Of a DNA stretch of 19,063 nucleotides, positions 14,838 through 19,063 are shown piece by piece. The notes under the pieces are model-generated. The model saw nothing but the letters and a program-made list of their open reading frames with translations. It was not told the DNA's origin and made no database searches. This DNA is from Oscillospiraceae bacterium. Its GTDB lineage: Bacteria > Bacillota > Clostridia > Oscillospirales > Acutalibacteraceae. The position numbers were made by a program, and so were the translations under genes. The stretch lies in the NCBI GenBank assembly GCA_902794945.1, contig CADBJA010000019.1, forward strand, positions 1 to 19,063. The letters run 5' to 3'. Position 1 is the stretch's first letter; every line of letters begins with the position of its first letter.

Positions 14838-16007
14838 TTAATAATAAAGTGAATCCACTTTATCAATATTTGTTTTTAAATAGTTTTGGCAGTATTCTAC
14901 CAATTTTCTGCCCATTTCGGTCTCGAAACCGATTCTTTCGGCACTTCTGCGAAGCAAACGCGTGTAGCCGATTAAAGCGGCTTTGCGTTTTACATCGTTA
15001 ATAAAGGCTTCATCTTTATCGTCAAAATAATACTTTAAAGTTGCCTCCCAAAAACGCTCGGCATACTCATACTTAATCCCCAAAAAGCCGTGCACATTTT
15101 CTCTGTCCACACAACTGAAACCAAGGTAAGCAAGGAAAATCGCCGTAAATTCGAAAATCGGGTGACCTTGTGCGAGCGTATCCATATCAATAAGCAGGTT
15201 TTCACCGTTTTGCCTCATAATGTTTTTGACATGGTAATCGCCGTGAAGCATATTGTCGGAATCCGGAATTTCGCTCATCATTTTAAACAGTTTTTCGTAT
15301 GTAGCACTGTCTAAATACGGGCGGCAACGCTCTACCCAAGAGAGTGCCTCTTCCTTTTTATCCGGCAAGGTGCCTTTTTGTAAGAGAATAGCGTGTATGG
15401 TTTTGAGTATCTCTACACTTTCTTTAGCAAGTTGTTCGATGTTATCGGGGTCCTTATTGACCAGTTTTGCAAAACTCTCAGCCTGTAAGAGTTCAAACAC
15501 GGAGCCATATAAATCACCGACTTTAACCACATCATACGGAATGGCGGTCGGCACACCCATAACAAACGCTTTACGGGCAAGTTCACGCTCGTTGTGAATT
15601 TCATCTAACGAGTCGGGGTTTTTATACACTTTAATAACCGTGTCATCACCGATACGGTACACCAAACCGTTGGCGCCCTCACCGATGATTTCACAGCCCT
15701 CCACGCTCACTTCGCGATAGGCTTTGGTAATATCCATCATTTCGGTAAAGCCGGTCATATCAAAAATCTCATACACATCGCTGGATGCATTGATGATTTT
15801 GGTTGCGGGATTGGATTTTTTTAACCTCAAAACCACACGCAAGCCGGCACTGGAGATATATTCGAGTTTTTGCATATCAAGAACCAATGAATCGGTTCTT
15901 TCAAAGCCGATGGCGTTAATCTCTTTTTCAATTTCCGGTGCATTGCCGGAATCGATTCTACCCTCTAAATAAATGGTATAAGTTTGTTTTTCTTTTTTAA
16001 ACTCCAT
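14838..16007 (-). CDS. Fusion of an N-terminal STAS domain to a C-terminal protein-kinase-like (APH/CotS/choline-kinase fold) domain.
   Basis: The STAS part carries ISSAGLRVVL. The kinase-like part has a Gly-rich loop IGEGANGLVY, the lysine motif VIKVYK, a catalytic loop HGDYHVKN and a metal-binding LIDMD motif. Confidence 0.75.
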   Translation of the reverse strand: MEFKKEKQTYTIYLEGRIDSGNAPEIEKEINAIGFERTDSLVLDMQKLEYISSAGLRVVLRLKKSNPATKIINASSDVYEIFDMTGFTEMMDITKAYREVSVEGCEIIGEGANGLVYRIGDDTVIKVYKNPDSLDEIHNERELARKAFVMGVPTAIPYDVVKVGDLYGSVFELLQAESFAKLVNKDPDNIEQLAKESVEILKTIHAILLQKGTLPDKKEEALSWVERCRPYLDSATYEKLFKMMSEIPDSDNMLHGDYHVKNIMRQNGENLLIDMDTLAQGHPIFEFTAIFLAYLGFSCVDRENVHGFLGIKYEYAERFWEATLKYYFDDKDEAFINDVKRKAALIGYTRLLRRSAERIGFETEMGRKLVEYCQNYLKTNIDKVDSLYY

Positions 16008-16099
16008 TATTTTTCTCCATATAATAAAATATATGTAATTATAACATATATTTTATACAATTATCAATACATATTTGAAATTATAAAAAATAAAGCATA

Positions 16100-16440
16100 T
16101 GGCAACGCCGTAATATCATTGTGCGCAACACACATCGTTTGCCACAGGCAACATTGTTTTGTGTTCGCGGTTTTTGCTCACGCAAAAAAACAAAGTTGTG
16201 CCTTGCGGACACAAACGTAAAGACTCACTAATGAAATATTTGGCTCTGCCAAATATGAAATAACGGCAACTCCATTATGAAGTATTGTAGTTATTCACTA
16301 CAATATGAAGCAAAATAAATTCCTATATATGCGAAGCATACTTCATAGCGACTGCTATTTCATATTCCGCAGGAATATTTCACAAATTCCAAAGGAATTT
16401 ATTTCATTGAAAAAACCACTTCATACGAAGTGGTTTTTTC
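16100..16440. repeat. A hairpin array from the same family as 6600-7310.
   Basis: ATGAAAT / ACTTCAT / ATTTCAT motifs alternate with small palindromes: atatttggc...gccaaatat, atgcgaagcat, atattccgcaggaatat and aaattccaaaggaattt. The run atgcgaagcatacttcatagcga nearly repeats the sequence at 7150-7180. Confidence 0.5.
16411..16440. terminator. Bidirectional terminator abutting the tRNA-Cys fragment.
   Basis: The sequence is aaaaaacc ACTTC atacg AAGTGG tttttt, a hairpin with flanking A and T runs. Confidence 0.5.
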
Positions 16441-16497
16441 CGGAGGCAACACCCAACCGGGGAATCAGAGTTTTGCAGCCAAATTGACATCCCTTAC
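16441..16497 (-). pseudogene. Degenerate 3' copy of tRNA-Cys, an att-like scar.
   Basis: Its 3' end (ggaggcaacaccc) and the segment ggggaatcagagttttgcag are identical to the intact tRNA-Cys at 18347-18421. The T-loop is deleted and the 5' part has diverged. Confidence 0.6.
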
Positions 16498-16585
16498 CTA
16501 CGGCAAATTCTACGGTTTTCTACGACATAAGGTAATAATTTAAGTTTAATATCAACAAAGTTCTGCATTCCTCATAGTTATAAAA

Positions 16586-16612
16586 ATGTTCCCGAAAGTT
16601 CTTCGGGAACAT
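16586..16612. terminator. Terminator after the HEPN gene.
   Basis: An 11-bp stem (atgttcccgaa pairing with ttcgggaacat) has an agttc loop and flanking A and T runs. Confidence 0.65.
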
Positions 16613-16627
16613 TTTTAACTGTAATAA

Positions 16628-17023
16628 TTAAATATTATCATTTAAATACCGGTCAATAGCATTAACAACAGTTGCTGCATTTTCAAACGCCTCTTGCGCA
16701 TCAATCAACTCAAACTTTGCTGCAATGTCATAATCACTTTGCCCTCGTGCATCGACCAATCGACCAAGCATCTTTGAAAGAGAAGCATCAAATCTTCCGT
16801 TTTTAATGTAATGCTGTCTAAAATAGGCAATTACACCGGAATGCTTTTTAGAATCGTAGCCATCTAACAATTCTAATGCCTTGAGGGAATGAAACGCTGC
16901 ATAATATGAACGATTAATTGCGCCATTATAATCCCCCACTTCAATATAAATGGGAATAAACTTCAAGATTTCTTTCGCATTCGATAATTCTAATTGAGAG
17001 AGTTCACTCACACTATTATGCAA
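16628..17023 (-). CDS. HEPN-domain protein, the putative toxin partner of the upstream nucleotidyltransferase.
   Basis: It has the R-x6-H motif (NRSYYAAFH) and is about 130 aa. It overlaps the 3' end of the NTase gene by 8 nt. Confidence 0.8.
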   Translation of the reverse strand: MHNSVSELSQLELSNAKEILKFIPIYIEVGDYNGAINRSYYAAFHSLKALELLDGYDSKKHSGVIAYFRQHYIKNGRFDASLSKMLGRLVDARGQSDYDIAAKFELIDAQEAFENAATVVNAIDRYLNDNI

Positions 17024-17354
17024 CTTTAATACCCTCTCTTTCTACATTCTGAAGAAAAGGCATTACATCTCTGAACTTGTCAAAGGTCTCGGTATCATAT
17101 GCCAATATCGAAACCGTGATATCGTTTTCCAAGGATAAATCACTACCTAAATCTACCAACAAATAGCGATAATCTCTTAATTCATCACGAGAGCAATGAA
17201 TCAAAACCATAATATCAATATCGGATTCATCATCATAATCACCGCGCGCATAGGAGCCGTATAACTTTACAGCACACAACTTTTCGCCAAAATTATCTTT
17301 GGCAAAGTCACAAATCTTATCTAATATTTGCTTTAAGGTGTTTTGATTGCACAT
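17016..17354 (-). CDS. Minimal nucleotidyltransferase (MNT, Pol-beta superfamily), the antitoxin-type partner of the HEPN protein.
   Basis: It carries the GS...DxD motif in LYGSYARGDYDDESDIDIMV. The start is set at the ATG at 17354, preceded by GGAGG with a 7-nt spacer. The tracked ORF is 20 codons longer. Confidence 0.8.
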   Translation of the reverse strand: MCNQNTLKQILDKICDFAKDNFGEKLCAVKLYGSYARGDYDDESDIDIMVLIHCSRDELRDYRYLLVDLGSDLSLENDITVSILAYDTETFDKFRDVMPFLQNVEREGIKVA

Positions 17355-17386
17355 GATAACGCCTCCTTTCTTAAACTCTAATATTA

Positions 17387-17414
17387 ATATATACTTTTTT
17401 AGTTGGAAAATCAA
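17387..17414 (-). promoter_or_regulatory. Promoter of the NTase-HEPN pair.
   Basis: On the minus strand it reads TTGATT (17409-17414), about 17 nt, then TATATA. A second copy of the same 35-bp block lies at 17830-17857. Confidence 0.45.
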
Positions 17415-17437
17415 ATAAATTTATTCTTTAAAGAGAT

Positions 17438-17800
17438 TCATACTACCCTCCTGTAAATCTCTGCGCCTTGATTAATATTTGCAAGAATCGGATCAGTTGT
17501 CGGCTTTCCTTCACAAAAGTAAAGAATATCATAATCTTGCGCAAAATCACTTTCAAAAGAGAACAGCTGCCTTTGAAAATCCTTAAACTCTTTAGAACGG
17601 AGGTATTCACTTCGACTCTTTTTTCCGAATACGGCAATATCAATATCAGAACGGTCTGTGCATCTTTCTTCTAAAGCAGAACCGAATAACACAATGCGGT
17701 GAATGTTTGCACATTTCTTTGCCTGCTCTGCAATATTTAAAATGTACTTTTTCTTAATGTCTGCCACATAGTTATTACTTACTTTTACTAATCTGCACAT
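17438..17800 (-). CDS. Second nucleotidyltransferase-domain protein with no adjacent HEPN gene.
   Basis: It carries the motif LFGSALEERCTDRSDIDIAV. The start is set at the ATG at 17800, preceded by GAGGT with a 7-nt spacer. The tracked ORF begins at a TTG. Confidence 0.75.
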   Translation of the reverse strand: MCRLVKVSNNYVADIKKKYILNIAEQAKKCANIHRIVLFGSALEERCTDRSDIDIAVFGKKSRSEYLRSKEFKDFQRQLFSFESDFAQDYDILYFCEGKPTTDPILANINQGAEIYRRVV

Positions 17801-17829
17801 AGGTACTACCTCATAATAATTCAATAGTA

Positions 17830-17857
17830 TTATATACTGTTTCGATTAGAAAATCAA
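17830..17857 (-). promoter_or_regulatory. Promoter of the orphan NTase, a duplicate of 17387-17414.
   Basis: On the minus strand it reads TTGATT (17852-17857), 16 nt, then TATAAT (17830-17835). Confidence 0.45.
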
Positions 17858-18296
17858 ATAGTAGTAATCGCTATTTTACTTTTTAAGAACAACCCTCATA
17901 GAAACCTTGGATTTTGAGTAAAAATCAATTCGGAGTTCAGAGAACTCCGAACCTTACACTAAAAATTGGCGTAGGTATAAGAAATTTAAATTTTCTACTA
18001 TGAAAGAATATTCATTTACTACGACAGACAATTCCCAAAATCCGGGAAAGCGTTTTATGTAGAACGATTGTAACGACTAAATCATATTAATATTATATGT
18101 TTGCGCCGTTTTTATCAGTTCTAACATTAAAATCAGAAAAAAACTACGATAAAAGTTACAAATTTTGTAACTTTTTCAGTTTCGAAAAATCATCAAATTT
18201 CCTGTATTTACGCCAAATCTTTCTGTCGTTGTAAAATTGCCCTTTCATCGTAGTAATTTTACCAATCAGTATTTTTTCATTTACAAAATTTTCCAA

Positions 18297-18340
18297 AAAA
18301 AGACTTAAAAACCGCATAGATACGCGATTTTCAAGTCTAA
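18297..18340 (-). terminator. Terminator of the tRNA operon.
   Basis: On the minus strand there is a roughly 15-bp stem with two G:U pairs (agacttgaaaatcgcg...gcggtttttaagtct), followed by UUUUUUU. Confidence 0.45.
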
Positions 18341-18346
18341 TGTTTT

Positions 18347-18421
18347 TGGAGGCAACACCCGGATTTGAACCGGGGAATCAGAGTTTTGCAGACTCGTGCC
18401 TTACCCCTTGGCTATGTTGCC
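18347..18421 (-). tRNA. tRNA-Cys, anticodon GCA.
   Basis: The reverse complement is GGCAACATAGCCAAGGGGTAAGGCACGAGTCTGCAAAACTCTGATTCCCCGGTTCAAATCCGGGTGTTGCCTCCA. The anticodon loop is CTGCAAA. The discriminator is U73 and CCA is encoded. Confidence 0.9.
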
Positions 18422-18479
18422 GAATATTATATTTTTTGAAAAAAACGGGAAGTTAAACAATGATTAACTTCCCTGAAAA

Positions 18480-18555
18480 TGGAGCGGATGACGGGGCTCG
18501 AACCCGCTACCTCCACCTTGGCAAGGTGGCGCTCTACCAGATGAGCTACATCCGC
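18480..18555 (-). tRNA. tRNA-Gly, anticodon GCC.
   Basis: The reverse complement runs GCGGATG-TA-GCTC...GAGC-G-CCACC-TTGCCAA-GGTGG-...-GCGGG-TTCGAGC-CCCGT-CATCCGC-T-CCA. The acceptor stem pairs perfectly. Confidence 0.9.
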
Positions 18556-18562
18556 ATATAAA

Positions 18563-18638
<76 letters not shown>

Positions 18639-18645
18639 AAAAATA

Positions 18646-18722
18646 TGGCGACCCGGATCGGGCTCGAACCGACGACCTCCAGCGTGACAGGCTGGCGTTC
18701 TAACCAGCTGAACTACCGGGCC
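18646..18722 (-). tRNA. tRNA-Asp, anticodon GTC.
   Basis: The reverse complement is GGCCCGGTAGTTCAGCTGGTTAGAACGCCAGCCTGTCACGCTGGAGGTCGTCGGTTCGAGCCCGATCCGGGTCGCCA. The anticodon loop is CTGTCAC and the discriminator is G73. Confidence 0.9.
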
Positions 18723-18730
18723 ATATTTTT

Positions 18731-18806
18731 TGGTGGGAACAACAGGGTTCGAACCTGTGACCCCCTGCTTGTAAGGCAGGTGCTCTCCCAGCTGAGCTAT
18801 GCTCCC
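18731..18806 (-). tRNA. tRNA-Val, anticodon TAC.
   Basis: The reverse complement is GGGAGCATAGCTCAGCTGGGAGAGCACCTGCCTTACAAGCAGGGGGTCACAGGTTCGAACCCTGTTGTTCCCACCA. The anticodon loop is CTTACAA and the discriminator is A73. Confidence 0.9.
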
Positions 18807-18849
18807 CCATTTCCCCTGTCGCTGTAATTGGCTATCAGCGACAGGTAAT

Positions 18850-18878
18850 AATATACACTATTTATAACCATTTGTCAA
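18850..18878 (-). promoter_or_regulatory. Strong sigma-A-type promoter of the tRNA operon.
   Basis: On the minus strand it reads TTGACA (18873-18878), a 17-nt spacer, then TATATT (18850-18855), with an AT-rich UP-like tract upstream. A 10-bp-stem hairpin (cctgtcgctg...cagcgacagg, 18814-18846) lies in the leader before tRNA-Val. Confidence 0.6.
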
Positions 18879-19063
18879 CACTTTTTTTCATAAATTTAAA
18901 TTTTTTTATTATTTATATATTATATAATAAAACTATTATGAAAGTGCTTTAAAAACAGTGAATACCTTTTAGGTGAGTCCCCGTAACGAAGTTTGGTTTT
19001 TGCGCCCCCTTTCATCCGCCTAAGTGATAAAATTTCCCTTGAATACGGCAAGTATGCAAGAAA

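Noticed and set aside
18960-19063. A possible start of an rRNA, tmRNA or other ncRNA at the window edge (GGGGGCGC...CGTTACGGGGAC on the minus strand).
   Set aside because: The superficial resemblance to a tmRNA 5' end (GGGG.CGTTACGG) does not extend. No rRNA 5' or 3' consensus is present. The segment is truncated by the window, so no call can be made.

Overview
The window looks like low-GC Firmicutes (Clostridia-like) chromosome, judged from AGGAGG-type RBSs and the protein content (inference). It is almost entirely minus-strand genes and splits into five blocks. (1) Positions 124-4015 carry ispF and a paralogous pair of membrane-anchored extracytoplasmic foldase-like proteins, one PrsA/parvulin-like and one with two cytoplasmic zinc ribbons. 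(2) Positions 4090-4990 form a noncoding 'scar' region containing a 4x24-bp tandem repeat with LytTR/ComE-like boxes, a structured segment ending in a terminator, a 3' fragment of tRNA-fMet, and an intact initiator tRNA-Met. (3) Positions 5098-6506 carry a HAD hydrolase on the plus strand and a hemolysin-III/PAQR membrane protein. (4) Positions 7311-11697 hold a four-gene cluster resembling B. subtilis YdjG/YdjH/YdjI (SPFH/Band_7_1, zinc-ribbon and TPM proteins) with no PspA gene in the window. Two of its proteins have Met/Gly-rich and Q/G/Y-rich low-complexity regions and C-terminal zinc ribbons. (5) Positions 12491-16007 encode a partner-switching module with unusual fusions: a TM sensor fused to a PP2C phosphatase and a GHKL kinase, a standalone STAS protein, and a STAS fused to a protein-kinase-like domain. 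Downstream, a ~1.9 kb islet lies between a degenerate tRNA-Cys 3' copy and the intact tRNA-Cys. It carries two nucleotidyltransferase genes and one HEPN gene. The tRNA-Cys belongs to a five-tRNA operon (Val, Asp, Phe, Gly, Cys). A family of hairpin-array repeats recurs in at least four intergenic sites. Each is a set of variable small palindromes punctuated by an ATGAAR-T / AYTTCAT motif, often with the GCGAAGC mini-hairpin heptamer. The largest site is a 700-bp GC-rich noncoding block at 6600-7310.
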